From contig JAZKFH010000027.1 of assembly GCA_040386535.1 (NCBI GenBank), positions 44,314 through 108,313 of the forward strand: a DNA stretch of 64,000 bases, in the 5' to 3' direction. The notes beneath the pieces are model-generated. The model searched no databases. It saw only the letters and a list, made by a program, of their open reading frames with translations, and was not told the DNA's origin. A program made the translations under genes and the position numbers. The first letter of the stretch is position 1. Every line of letters begins with the position of its first letter. This stretch comes from Myxococcota bacterium. GTDB taxonomy: Bacteria > Myxococcota_A > UBA796 > SXON01. This document shows positions 1 to 13,893 of this stretch, piece by piece.

Positions 1-34
1 CGCGCCCGACTCCGGGCGCGGCCTTCTTCGTTCT
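1..34 (+). terminator. Probable intrinsic terminator of an upstream gene
   Basis: Hairpin CGCGCCCG-actc-CGGGCGCG (1-20) followed by a pyrimidine-rich tract. Confidence 0.45.
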
Positions 35-259
35 GCCTCCTCATTGGCCGGAGCGGCCTCGTTCGCCGCCGCGGCCTCGGCCGCAGCCCGGTCACAGCCG
101 TCGAGCGTCAATTCGAGAAATCCTCGGCATGCGGCTAGCGCTCCGAGGGTTCCGACTCGCCCTCGTCCACGCGTACCCGCGCGTCGGGACCGTCTCCTGT
201 GAGGCATTGGCCGACCAGGAAGCAAGGGCGTTACGTTCTCGGGATTCAAAGGAACTGCC

Positions 260-886
260 TTGTCCATCGACCCCGTCAACAGCTACCTGATCCCCACCGT
301 CATCGAGCAGACCCACCGCGGCGAGCGCGCGTGGGACATCTACTCGATGCTGTTGAAGGACCGCATCATCTTCCTCGGGTCCGCGATCAACGATCAGATC
401 GCGAACGTGATCGTGGCGCAGCTCCTGTTCCTGGAGTCCCAGGATCCCGAGCGGGACGTGTTCCTGTACATCCAGAGCCCCGGTGGCGTCATCACCGCCG
501 GCATGGCGATCTACGACACCATGAACTACATCAAGCCCGACGTGCAGACGATCTGCATGGGGCAGGCCGCGTCCATGGGCGCGGTGCTCCTCGCGGCGGG
601 CGCCAAGGGCAAGCGGCGCATCCTCCCGCACGGGCGGGTGCTCATCCACCAGCCCCTCGGTGGTGCGCAGGGCCAGGCGACCGACATCGAGATCCAGGCC
701 AAGGAGATCATCCGCGTGAAGCGTGAGCTGAACGACATCCTTGCGCTTCACACGGGCCAGGATCGCGAGCGCATCGCCAAGGACCTCGAGCGCGACTACA
801 TCATGACCGCCGAAGAGTCGCTCAAGTACGGCATCGTCGACGAGATCATCATGAACAAGGGTGGCGCTGCCGGCATCCCCAAGTAG
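260..886 (+). CDS. clpP: ATP-dependent Clp protease proteolytic subunit
   Basis: [39 protein letters not shown] (catalytic Ser), LIHQP; TTG start after AAGGA. Confidence 0.97.
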   Translation: MSIDPVNSYLIPTVIEQTHRGERAWDIYSMLLKDRIIFLGSAINDQIANVIVAQLLFLESQDPERDVFLYIQSPGGVITAGMAIYDTMNYIKPDVQTICMGQAASMGAVLLAAGAKGKRRILPHGRVLIHQPLGGAQGQATDIEIQAKEIIRVKRELNDILALHTGQDRERIAKDLERDYIMTAEESLKYGIVDEIIMNKGGAAGIPK

Positions 887-1010
887 CGGCTGCCGAAGGG
901 GTGGGCTCGGGGGGATCGCCCTCCAGCCCCCGCCTGCCTATCGGAACACTGGTCTTCGCAAGTCTGTTCTTCCAAATGCTGGCCCCGGAACATTGGCCAG
1001 GAGGCCGCCT

Positions 1011-2261
1011 GTGAACAGGAAATCGCGCGAGAAGGACCTGACGTGCTCCTTCTGCGGCAAGTCCCAGAAGGACGTGCGCAAGCTCATCGCGGGCCCTTCC
1101 GTCTACATCTGTGACGAGTGTGTCGAGCTCTGCAACGACATCATCACGGAGGAGTACGAGCGGGAGGATTACTACGCCACCCGGGCGATGGTCCCCAAGC
1201 CGGTCGAGATCAAGCGCCACCTGGACGACTACGTGGTCGGCCAGGAGCGGGCGAAGAAGATCCTCTCCGTCGCGGTGCACAACCACTACAAGCGCATCGA
1301 CAGCCGCTCCACGCGGGACGACGTCGAGCTCCAGAAGAGCAACATCCTGCTCATCGGGCCGACCGGCACCGGGAAGACCCTTCTGGCGCAGACCCTCGCG
1401 CGCTTCCTGAACGTTCCCTTCACCATCTGCGACGCGACCTCGCTGACCGAGGCCGGGTACGTCGGTGAGGACGTGGAGAACGTCGTCCTGTCGCTGTTCC
1501 AGGCGGCCGAGTACAACGTCGAGCGCGCGGTCAAGGGCATCATCTACATCGACGAGATCGACAAGGTGGCCCGCAAGGGAGAGAACCCCTCGATCACCCG
1601 CGACGTGTCGGGGGAGGGCGTGCAGCAGGCCCTGCTCAAGATCATCGAGGGCACGGTCGCGAACGTGCCGCCCAAGGGCGGGCGCAAGCACCCCCAGCAG
1701 GAGTTCCTGCAGATCGACACCTCGAACATCCTGTTCATCTGCGGCGGGGCGTTCGTGGGGCTCGACAAGATCGTCGAGCAGCGCATCAACAAGGGCGGCG
1801 TCGGTTTTGGCGCCAGCGTCAAGTCGCAGGAGAAGCTCAAGACGGGCGAGCTCCTGAGCCTCATCGAGACCGAGGACCTGCTGCGCTTCGGCATGATCCC
1901 CGAGTTCATCGGCCGCCTCCCCATCGTCGCCACGCTGGACGAGCTCGATGAGCACGCCCTCATCGACATCCTCACCCGTCCGCGCAACGCCCTGGTCAAG
2001 CAGTACCAGAAGCTGTTCGAGATGGAGAACGTCTCGCTCAAGCTCACCGAGCCCGCGCTCTTCGCCATCGCCAAGGAGGCGGTCAAGCGCAAGACCGGGG
2101 CCCGCGGCCTGCGCTCGATCGTCGAAGAGCTGCTCCACGACGTAATGTACGAATTGCCCGGGAAGAGCAACGTACGCGAATGTGTCATCACGGACGAAGT
2201 CGTCGGGCGAAAGAAGGACCCGATCCTGGTCTATGAAAACGAGGGCGAGTGGGCCCGATAG
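1011..2261 (+). CDS. clpX: ATP-dependent Clp protease ATP-binding subunit ClpX
   Basis: CSFCGK...CDEC Zn finger, GPTGTGKT Walker [26 protein letters not shown] start at 1011 after GGAGG. Confidence 0.97.
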   Translation: MNRKSREKDLTCSFCGKSQKDVRKLIAGPSVYICDECVELCNDIITEEYEREDYYATRAMVPKPVEIKRHLDDYVVGQERAKKILSVAVHNHYKRIDSRSTRDDVELQKSNILLIGPTGTGKTLLAQTLARFLNVPFTICDATSLTEAGYVGEDVENVVLSLFQAAEYNVERAVKGIIYIDEIDKVARKGENPSITRDVSGEGVQQALLKIIEGTVANVPPKGGRKHPQQEFLQIDTSNILFICGGAFVGLDKIVEQRINKGGVGFGASVKSQEKLKTGELLSLIETEDLLRFGMIPEFIGRLPIVATLDELDEHALIDILTRPRNALVKQYQKLFEMENVSLKLTEPALFAIAKEAVKRKTGARGLRSIVEELLHDVMYELPGKSNVRECVITDEVVGRKKDPILVYENEGEWAR

Positions 2262-2270
2262 CGGAGGCCA

Positions 2271-4727
<2,457 letters not shown>

Positions 4728-4841
4728 GGCGGGCGGGGGGCCGGGGAGAGAGACAGAAATCTCCTCTCGCACCCCCCGAGCGCCTTGACGCTCCGTAGGT
4801 GCCCGGGTACATGGTTGGGGCTTGCTCGGCACGGGTCTCGC

Positions 4842-4917
4842 GGGCGGATAGCTCAGCGGGTAGAGCAGTACCCTTACAAGGTACGGGTCGCAGGTTCGAG
4901 CCCTGTTCCGCCTACCA
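4842..4917 (+). tRNA. tRNA-Val(TAC)
   Basis: Cloverleaf; anticodon arm GTACC-ct-TAC-aa-GGTAC, GTTCGA T-loop, encoded CCA. Confidence 0.96.
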
Positions 4918-4936
4918 CCTCGTCGATGTCGGTTTT

Positions 4937-6600
<1,664 letters not shown>

Positions 6601-6646
6601 TCTGGCTCCGGTCGGGGACGGGGAGGGCGTACTTACCCGCATTGTA

Positions 6647-6663
6647 GTTGACATAACGTCAAC
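6647..6663. promoter_or_regulatory. Palindromic operator candidate between the divergent LSR gene and ORF 6781
   Basis: GTTGAC-ATAAC-GTCAAC inverted repeat containing TTGACA, adjacent to TACAAT on the minus strand. Confidence 0.5.
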
Positions 6664-6780
6664 GGGTCTGGCAAGGGGGCATGCCGACGAGGGCGGTCAT
6701 TTCCTGGTCGTGGCCGTAACGCTGGTCTTGCGAGTGGACAACCGTTCAGGTACACCGGCAGCACACAGGGTCGAACCTCA

Positions 6781-7953
6781 ATGCGCCTCGCGTCGTATCC
6801 GGACACTCCTCGGGCCATCCGGCTGTTCCCCTCACACGCTCTTCAAAGGCTGGTTCTCCGCCATGCAGCGGCATGCGAAACGCGGGGCCTCGACCTCGCC
6901 GCCGTTGAGGGTGAGGACGACGGGACGGTCACCGAGTGGCTCGCCAAGTGCGAGGGCGTGTTGCCGGCGCCCCTCTCCGACGACCTCGAGCGAATCGACG
7001 AGCTGACCACCGATGGCGGGGCGGCGCTCCTCATGGAGGCCGGCGCGCGGTCGGGCGTAGACGTGTGCGCGCTCGGCCTCGACCCGCTGGAGGTCGCGGT
7101 CCGCGCGTTCCTCGACCACCGTGAGGTCTTCGAGGCCGCGTACGCGCGCCAGCTGGTGGCCGCGCTGAAGGGGACCACGGAGTTTCTCGGCCGAGCCCGT
7201 CGCGATCCCGGCCGCCCGGAGATGACCCACATCCACGTTCTCGAAGCGCAGCTCGGCCAGCACTTCGAGGCGCGGGCGCGGAGCGCGCACTGCCGGATCT
7301 CGCTGGGGCACGACGGGGCCCGCCTCGTGTTCACGATCGCCCACGGAGCGCTGGTGCGCGCCGACGAGGCCCTCGACGGGGCGGCAACCGTCGTCCGCGA
7401 CTCGGCCGCGCCCGTGTACCTGACCGAGCGTCCCCTCCGGCACCGCCCGCAGCGTCGCGACGTCGTGATCTACGACACCGAGGCCGGCCAGCTCCGCATC
7501 CGGGCAGGAGACGCGGCGAGCCTGCACGCCTATCGGCGCTACTTCGGCGCCATGCTCCATCGGGACGCGGACTGGTTCGGCACCGAGCCCATCGTGAGTC
7601 TGGAGCCCCTCGTACGGCTCGGCCAGGCGGTGGAGCAACCGACGCGCGGGCTCGCCGCTGTCCGACTCGTCGGTCTGGTCGTGCGCTACACGCTCGGCGA
7701 GCGAGGCACCGTCGCCATCGACTCGGAGGACATCTGGCCCTTCCTGGCGGCACGGATGCGCGGCGAGCTCGCGGACGGCGAGCTCCTGGAGGCCATCTTC
7801 CACATGTACCGACCGGGGATCTCCGCCCCTACCCGCGTGTGCGTGCGCGCGCCCAACCGGGTGGAGTACGGTAAGGTCGACGACACCGTGTTCCGGCCCT
7901 TCCTCGAGGCACGCGGCTTCCTCGCCGCGGCGGGTCCGCGGGCGAGCGGGTGA
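6781..7953 (+). CDS. Hypothetical protein of the mobile element
   Basis: 390-aa ORF with protein-like composition, coupled (GTGA overlap) to the next gene. Confidence 0.75.
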   Translation: MRLASYPDTPRAIRLFPSHALQRLVLRHAAACETRGLDLAAVEGEDDGTVTEWLAKCEGVLPAPLSDDLERIDELTTDGGAALLMEAGARSGVDVCALGLDPLEVAVRAFLDHREVFEAAYARQLVAALKGTTEFLGRARRDPGRPEMTHIHVLEAQLGQHFEARARSAHCRISLGHDGARLVFTIAHGALVRADEALDGAATVVRDSAAPVYLTERPLRHRPQRRDVVIYDTEAGQLRIRAGDAASLHAYRRYFGAMLHRDADWFGTEPIVSLEPLVRLGQAVEQPTRGLAAVRLVGLVVRYTLGERGTVAIDSEDIWPFLAARMRGELADGELLEAIFHMYRPGISAPTRVCVRAPNRVEYGKVDDTVFRPFLEARGFLAAAGPRASG

Positions 7954-8939
7954 AGCCGTTCTGGTCGCTCGCCGGGCGTCACTGGCTGCCCTCGCTCCCT
8001 TCCTGGGAGATGGAGGCGGCGATCGGCGAGGAGCGCGCCGCGAGGCTCGTGGCGGCGGGCATCCTCCGCGAGGTCGCGATCCAGCCCTACGAGCGCCTCG
8101 CGTGCGCTGCTTGCCGCTGGCATGCCCGTGTCATCTGGGAGCCCCAAGGCGCTGTCGTCCTCTGCGAGGGAGAAATGGGGTGCCCTGCTGTGGAGCTGGG
8201 CGAGGCGCCGTACCGGCTCGTGGGCGACGAGCCCGAACTCGCGCGGCGGTTGGCGAAGGCCTTCGTGCTGGAGGGCGCCCCCGGGGCGGCCGGCGTCATT
8301 CTGCCGCTCGGGAAACGCCGGATCGGCGATGAGCTCGTCGCGGTGGACCTCTGCCCGTACCCCGCCGGCGCCGGCTTCGAGGACGTGCTGTTCCGGCTCA
8401 CGCGGACGGGCCCCCGCGTACGCGTCCTCCTCGTCCCGGACTCCGCTCGCATTCCTGCCGACGCGCCGACCGAGTGCGGGGCGACGGAGCTCGTGTGGGC
8501 CGGGCTCGACGAGGTGGTCGTCATCGAGGATCGGCTCCGCGTCGACCTCCGTCCGATCGTCTCGCGACGGACCTTCCCCGGCTTCGACCTGAACGCCGGC
8601 TTCGACGGGCTCGTTGTGGACAGCGCTGGCGCTTGGTGGCGCGGCGAGGCACTGCCGGTTCAGGGGCGGGCCCTGCGGCTCCTTCGCGCGCTGGCGACAC
8701 GCCACCCGTCGATCGCGGCGAAGAAGTCTCTGTGGCGCGAGGTCTGGCCCGAGGACCACACGAAATCCGGGGAGATCGCGCGCGGGATCGCCCCCCACCA
8801 ACTCGACTCGCGCCTTCGCCACGCGGTCGCCGAGATCCGGGCGGCCCTCGGCGAGGCAACGGTCGAGAACGAGCGCGGCGGCGAGCAGGACGGGGGATAC
8901 CGGCTCGCGCTGGACGCTGGACAGGTCCGCGCCGCCTGA
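7950..8939 (+). CDS. Putative DNA-binding protein with N-terminal Cys cluster and C-terminal winged-helix
   Basis: CAAC...C...C; C-terminal ALRLLRALA...KKSLWREVWP...LRHAVAEIRAALG...GGYRL resembles the OmpR/PhoB-type wHTH. Confidence 0.65.
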   Translation: MKPFWSLAGRHWLPSLPSWEMEAAIGEERAARLVAAGILREVAIQPYERLACAACRWHARVIWEPQGAVVLCEGEMGCPAVELGEAPYRLVGDEPELARRLAKAFVLEGAPGAAGVILPLGKRRIGDELVAVDLCPYPAGAGFEDVLFRLTRTGPRVRVLLVPDSARIPADAPTECGATELVWAGLDEVVVIEDRLRVDLRPIVSRRTFPGFDLNAGFDGLVVDSAGAWWRGEALPVQGRALRLLRALATRHPSIAAKKSLWREVWPEDHTKSGEIARGIAPHQLDSRLRHAVAEIRAALGEATVENERGGEQDGGYRLALDAGQVRAA

Positions 8940-9251
8940 CCTCCCGGACCTCCCGGACCTTGCATCCGACCTTCGTGATCCGGCGAGAACCTCGATGGCA
9001 ACGACGTTCCCGGACCTGGCCCGGACCTACCTGACGTGATCGCCGTCTGCCGTACCGGGGACCGATCGATCGGTGGACCTCGACGATGAAGAGAAGTCTC
9101 TCGCGCGATCAGGGCTGGGAAGAGGTCAGGGAGGTCTGCAAGGGGTCGGGGATCGGCTTGGAACCGGGCTCAGGGAGGACGACCTCGTGGGGAAGGGGAG
9201 GTCAGGGAGGTCAGGGAGGTCAGGGAGGTCCCGAAGGCCAGCTTCGGGGTC
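8936..9251. repeat. Oppositely oriented 9-bp-periodic GACCT/AGGTC arrays around a central palindrome (iteron/ori-like)
   Basis: GACCT at 8938, 8947, 8956, 8968, 9013, 9024; AGGTC at 9123, 9132, 9199, 9208, 9217, 9226; perfect palindrome ACCGATCGATCGGT at 9061-9074. Confidence 0.75.
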
Positions 9252-9578
9252 GGGGGCGGCTCACCAGGACCGATATCGGCCTGAACTCTCTGCCGCCGGG
9301 ATCGGCGGATCAGGGCGGACGCCAGCCCTTCGATTCGCCGGAGAGTGGGCATTCTTGCTCAGGGCTTCGGCGGGCAGCGGGCACGGCGATCCAACGCCCA
9401 GCGTTCGACGACGTGTTGGCCGGGCGCGGCGGGGAGAGTTCGGGAAGGGGTCTATTTTTCTGCCCGGCGCTTCGTGCGACTCCTGCGGCAGCTCCGGCCT
9501 ACAGCGGCGCGCGACACGATGGATCCGATGCCGGCGGAGTGCGCGGAGGAGCGACCGCGGCGACCCGCGGGTCAGCGC

Positions 9579-11165
9579 TCAGGGCGAGAGCACGTAGACG
9601 CGCCCTGCTTCGGTGCCGGCGTGGTCGTCGTAGGGGGCGCCGACGGCGATGTCGGGCGCGCCATCCCCGGTCAGGTCGACACCGCCGAGCACGGCGGCGC
9701 CTACCAGATCGCCCAGGTAGGGGCTGACCCAGACGCGCGAGGCGGCCTCGGGCGCGCGGGCGCCGACGCTTGCGCCTCCGTGCAGGCTGACGCGAGCGAA
9801 CCGGTAGGGTGCGCCCCCGAACTGCTGGGGCGCGCCGATGAGCAAGTCCGGGACGCCGTCGGCGTCCAGGTCGCCGGGACCGTCGACCCCAAAACCGGTC
9901 CAATCGTAGGTGCCGGCGGAGCCGAAGACGGCGTCGGCGGCTTCGAGGCCGAGCGTGCCGGCCGCGCCTCCGTGAACGAGCCAGGCACGCCCACCACGAT
10001 CCCCGTCAACCTTCGACAGCGGCCCACCCACGAGCAGTTCGTCGGCGCCGTCCCCGTCGAGGTCGTGCGCGTTCGCGAGGGTCCTGCCCGCCTGGTCCCC
10101 CTCGCCCTCCCCGAGGAGGCGGACGCCGGCGTCGACAAGGTCGACCGTGCCCGACGACGGGCCGTACCACACCCAGGCCATGCCGGCGCGGGTCGCGAGG
10201 GTGTCCGCGTAGGGGGCGCCGACCACGAAGTCGGCGTGTCCGTCCCCGTTGAAGTCCCCCGCCGCCACTGTCTCCCCCGCGCGGTCGAGCAGCGCCTCGC
10301 CGACCAGCGTGAGCTCCGCGTCCGCCTCGCCGGTGCCGGGCCGGATCGGGCCGAGGAAGACCAACGCACCCCCGAGGGTTTGAAGCTCGGGTTCGTCCGG
10401 CCACGCGGGTCGCGGAACACCGACGAGCAGGTCGGCGAGCCCGTCCCCGTCCACGTCCCCGGCGGGGGCGAGCGACTCGCCCAGGTTGGCGCCCAAAGTG
10501 GCGCCCGCGATCCCGCGGGAAGGCTCGCTGAAGTAGTTGCCGACCTCCGCTGGGCCGTCCTCGACGTACACCACGCCCGCCCAATAGTCGTCGCCGCGCG
10601 CGGAGGGCACCGACCACGCGAGATCAGCCAGGCCGTCGCCGTTCATGTCCCCGGGCACGCACACCGCCCAGCCCGCGAACGAGTATTGGTCCTCCGGCAG
10701 CCCGGTGAACCAGATGGCGTCGCCCAGGTTGGCGTCCCTCTCCAGGGGGCCGGGCACCACCAAGGCGACGCCCGCGAACTCGCCATCCATGTTGAAGGGC
10801 GCGCCGACGACCAGTTCGGCGAAGCCGTCGCCGTTGAGATCGCCGGCGGCGAGGTCGAACCCCGCGCGCGCGCCCATCCACGGCCCGTCGAGCGCGAGCC
10901 CGGTCAGCGGCTCGGCGCCCGCGTCTAGCCCGTCGCAGTCCTCGTCGACGCCGTTGGCCTCCACCTCGGGGGCGCCGGGGTGCCGGCCAGGGTCAGCGTC
11001 GTCGCAGTCGCCGTCCGCGGGGCCCCAGCCGTCGCGGTCCCCGTCGGGACCGCCGCCGGAGTCGCCACCGCCGGAGTCGCCGCCCGTTTCGCCCACGTCG
11101 CCGCCATCCGAGGGTCCCGAGCAGCCGGTGCCGGCCTGGCAGGAGAGGAGAAAGAGCGTCAGCAT
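9579..11165 (-). CDS. Lipoprotein with MopE-type metal-binding motif and FG-GAP (integrin-alpha-like) repeats
   Basis: LLSC lipobox-like start, DCDDADPGRHPGA.E..NGVDEDCDG, repeated GDxNGDG.xDLxVGAP. Confidence 0.85.
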   Translation of the reverse strand: MLTLFLLSCQAGTGCSGPSDGGDVGETGGDSGGGDSGGGPDGDRDGWGPADGDCDDADPGRHPGAPEVEANGVDEDCDGLDAGAEPLTGLALDGPWMGARAGFDLAAGDLNGDGFAELVVGAPFNMDGEFAGVALVVPGPLERDANLGDAIWFTGLPEDQYSFAGWAVCVPGDMNGDGLADLAWSVPSARGDDYWAGVVYVEDGPAEVGNYFSEPSRGIAGATLGANLGESLAPAGDVDGDGLADLLVGVPRPAWPDEPELQTLGGALVFLGPIRPGTGEADAELTLVGEALLDRAGETVAAGDFNGDGHADFVVGAPYADTLATRAGMAWVWYGPSSGTVDLVDAGVRLLGEGEGDQAGRTLANAHDLDGDGADELLVGGPLSKVDGDRGGRAWLVHGGAAGTLGLEAADAVFGSAGTYDWTGFGVDGPGDLDADGVPDLLIGAPQQFGGAPYRFARVSLHGGASVGARAPEAASRVWVSPYLGDLVGAAVLGGVDLTGDGAPDIAVGAPYDDHAGTEAGRVYVLSP

Positions 11166-11177
11166 CGGGCCAGACTC

Positions 11178-12428
11178 CTAGCGGTCCACGCCTTCGTAAT
11201 CCGCGCGGTCATCCCAGCCCGCCAGGATATCCTCGTCGTCCGCTCCCTTCCGAATGCGAGCGTACGGCATGTCGGCTGGGGGGGAGGTGCCGACATCCAG
11301 CCAGTCGTGTGGGTCCGCGCGGTCCCAGACGTCCATGCACGATAGGAACGTCTCGCCGGCGTCCGTGTGCGTGTCCCACCAGAAGCGGAGCCAGTCGTAC
11401 TCGACAGCGCGGTTCGCCGTCGTGAGACCACATTCGTAGCCCATGTGGTCATGCGTCACGATGGGCCCGCAGGACTCGTCCACGTTGTCACAGTGCGAGG
11501 CATACTCGCAGTCGACCCACTTCGGACTGCCGTCTCCGAGCGTGTCTGCGTCCCAGTCGACGTCCTTCCAGTAGTAGAAGGAGCAGTCGGACTCGGAGGT
11601 GTCGTTGAACGTCACCGCGGCGATGAAGTGCGCCCAACCCTCCACCGCGGCGGCACTCTGGAACTCGAGCGAGCTCATCGCGTGGTCGCCCGTGCCCCCG
11701 TACAGGCACTCCGGCGGATCGGTGGCGTCGTAGTCAATGTTCGGCGCCAAGTCCTCGTCCTTGTACCTGGCGAGCAGGTGGGCCACCTCATGGCTGATGA
11801 GGTACTTTCGGCTGGCGTGAGCCTCGGTGATGAACACCTCGTCTCCACAGAGCTTGGAGCCGCCGAAGTTGGGCGTCGTGTGGGTCTGACAGCCGCTGAG
11901 CGTGCCGTTCTCCCCCTTGTCGTAGACAACGAAGGTTTTCCCAGTGACACCGCCGTTGTGCCGGAAGATAGTTGTAGTGGCGGCGGCCGTCACGTTCACC
12001 CAATCCCCGACCGTCGAAGTGTCAGCGGTGACGGTGGTCGACGCGGTAGGGCTCCAATCACTCCACATCTGGTTTGCGTACATGGAGGGCGTGCTCGTGT
12101 CGTCGTACACCACGATGGTGTTGCCGTTCACGTATGCCTTCGAATAGAGGAGCACGTCGTAGTCGACACTACTGTTCAAAGGGAGCGTCGTGGGCGTACA
12201 GCCCTCATTAGTGCCGCTGGCGACGGCATACCCGGAGTACAGGAGCGAGTTGTCGGCGGCATTTCGGACCTCCCAATAGGTGCCGCGCGCGACCCGCGCT
12301 CCATTCGTGGTGAAGAAGTCGTCACCGCCGCCAACGTCGCCGAAGTCCACCGTCCAATTCATGCAGAAGCGAACGTTGTAGTTGGTCGCGTAGGCGAGGT
12401 CGGACCATGCGAGAAGAGCGAGGAGCAC
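11178..12428 (-). CDS. Secreted putative zinc metallopeptidase
   Basis: Signal peptide; ISHEVAHL (HEXXH) followed by A..EGWAHF. Confidence 0.7.
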   Translation of the reverse strand: MLLALLAWSDLAYATNYNVRFCMNWTVDFGDVGGGDDFFTTNGARVARGTYWEVRNAADNSLLYSGYAVASGTNEGCTPTTLPLNSSVDYDVLLYSKAYVNGNTIVVYDDTSTPSMYANQMWSDWSPTASTTVTADTSTVGDWVNVTAAATTTIFRHNGGVTGKTFVVYDKGENGTLSGCQTHTTPNFGGSKLCGDEVFITEAHASRKYLISHEVAHLLARYKDEDLAPNIDYDATDPPECLYGGTGDHAMSSLEFQSAAAVEGWAHFIAAVTFNDTSESDCSFYYWKDVDWDADTLGDGSPKWVDCEYASHCDNVDESCGPIVTHDHMGYECGLTTANRAVEYDWLRFWWDTHTDAGETFLSCMDVWDRADPHDWLDVGTSPPADMPYARIRKGADDEDILAGWDDRADYEGVDR

Positions 12429-12446
12429 GTGAACCTCCAGGGATGG

Positions 12447-13094
12447 TCAGAGGGGGGCGGCGACGCCGGTGAGGATGTATGGCACACCCTCGGCGGTCTC
12501 GCCGAGCGTGCCCTCTTCGTTGAGCGAGCCGTCGGAGCGGAGCCCACCAAGCTCGGTGAGCTCGCTCCAACCGAGCACCTCGCTCGTCCAGCCGTCGGAC
12601 TCGAACGTGAGCATGATCGAGCCGCCACCGGCGACGAACAAGTCCCCACCCTCGGCATCCATGACCACGAGGTTGGCCCGGACCTGGGAGTAGAGCGAGC
12701 TCTGAAGCTCGGATACCCGGGCCTCGAACGGCAGTTCGAAGGGCAGTTCGAAGGTGGCGCCCTCCGTGGGGGACAGCTCTTCGCTGCTCCAGCTGACGCT
12801 GGTCTGGTTGAAGCGCAGGAGGTAGTCGACGCGGTAGCGCAGGTCTTCGCGGTCGAGTACGTAGACCAGCACGGACGCCTCGCGACCCTCGGCCACGATC
12901 CACTCAGCCATGGGGTCGATGCCGGGCTCGGGGGCGACAGAGTTGCAGGTTTGTGCTTCGTCCGGGCGGTCGCCTGCCTCCTTTTCCTCGAAGCCAGACG
13001 GCCGCTCGGAGGCAGGCCCCGCGCCGGTGTCCATCCCACCTGTGTCCTCCTCTTGTGCAGAGGCCGCGAGCACAGTCACGAGAAAGGCTATCAC
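12447..13094 (-). CDS. Secreted hypothetical protein
   Basis: GTG start after GGAGGGAG; signal-like VIAFLVTVLAASAQEE; first gene of the 3-gene cargo operon. Confidence 0.6.
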   Translation of the reverse strand: MIAFLVTVLAASAQEEDTGGMDTGAGPASERPSGFEEKEAGDRPDEAQTCNSVAPEPGIDPMAEWIVAEGREASVLVYVLDREDLRYRVDYLLRFNQTSVSWSSEELSPTEGATFELPFELPFEARVSELQSSLYSQVRANLVVMDAEGGDLFVAGGGSIMLTFESDGWTSEVLGWSELTELGGLRSDGSLNEEGTLGETAEGVPYILTGVAAPL

Positions 13095-13636
13095 ACTCCC
13101 TCCAGGGGAACGGATGAAGGTTATTTGAACACCGACGCACAGGACCGCGTAGTGTCGAGTCGACTCACGGAGTGTACACCACTGGCGACGGTGCCAATGG
13201 CCTTCGTCGCAAATGAATGGGTGATTGAGGGGACCGCTGAGCGGATCACGGCGGTGCCCCCGGTCGTTCCTCGGACCGAGTACGGCTGATTCACCGGTCT
13301 GGAGCTTGACCTTGCCGCGGCACGAACCGTCCAGGACGCCGAACTGACGCTCGACTTGTCGCCGCTCCGTGTTGAGGGCGCCGCAAGCTCGGGAGGCGAT
13401 CGCGAGTTCGGTGGCGCCGATTGTCCGCTTGGCTAGCACCGCGAGGGCATGGTCGCGTCGCAGTCGCCGCACAGGGATTCGAGGGCTTGAAGGGTAGACA
13501 CGGCCAGCCGAGCGCCGCTGCCTCACGTCGAAACGGGCGCCCGGCTTCGCCGCAGGCGCGTCCAACGCACGGTCGCGTCGCAGACCCGAAAGCGGCCCCG
13601 GCCTACCAGAGAGGCGTACCCGAGAGCCCCTCTCCG

Positions 13637-13891
13637 ATGCTCCCCCCCACTGTCCCGCGCGTCACGCCCGAGCTCGCGCAGAGCGCGCGTGACCACTTCC
13701 AGCCGCTCTACGCCGAGCCGCAGACCTTGGAGGACGGCCGCGAGATGGCCACCAACGTCCTCGGGTTCTTCGGGGTGCTGCTCGAGTTGCGCGCACGCAA
13801 GGCCGCCGCGCCGCCGCCTCCCTCGCCCCCGGCGCCCGTCTCGGGTCTGCGCCGGAGGCTCGTCCGTCCCGCACGTCCCGCCCAGGAGTAG
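13637..13891 (+). CDS. Small protein, candidate recombination directionality/accessory factor
   Basis: 84 aa; FQPLYAEPQTLEDGREMATNVLGFFGVLLE resembles small ORFs I recall next to LSR genes; first gene of the Bro-primase operon. Confidence 0.5.
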   Translation: MLPPTVPRVTPELAQSARDHFQPLYAEPQTLEDGREMATNVLGFFGVLLELRARKAAAPPPPSPPAPVSGLRRRLVRPARPAQE

Positions 13892-13893
13892 TC

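Noticed and set aside
4785..4813. Sigma70 promoter for the tRNA pair
   Set aside because: TTGACG is a good -35 but the -10 at 17 bp (TACATG) lacks the conserved final T; too weak to list
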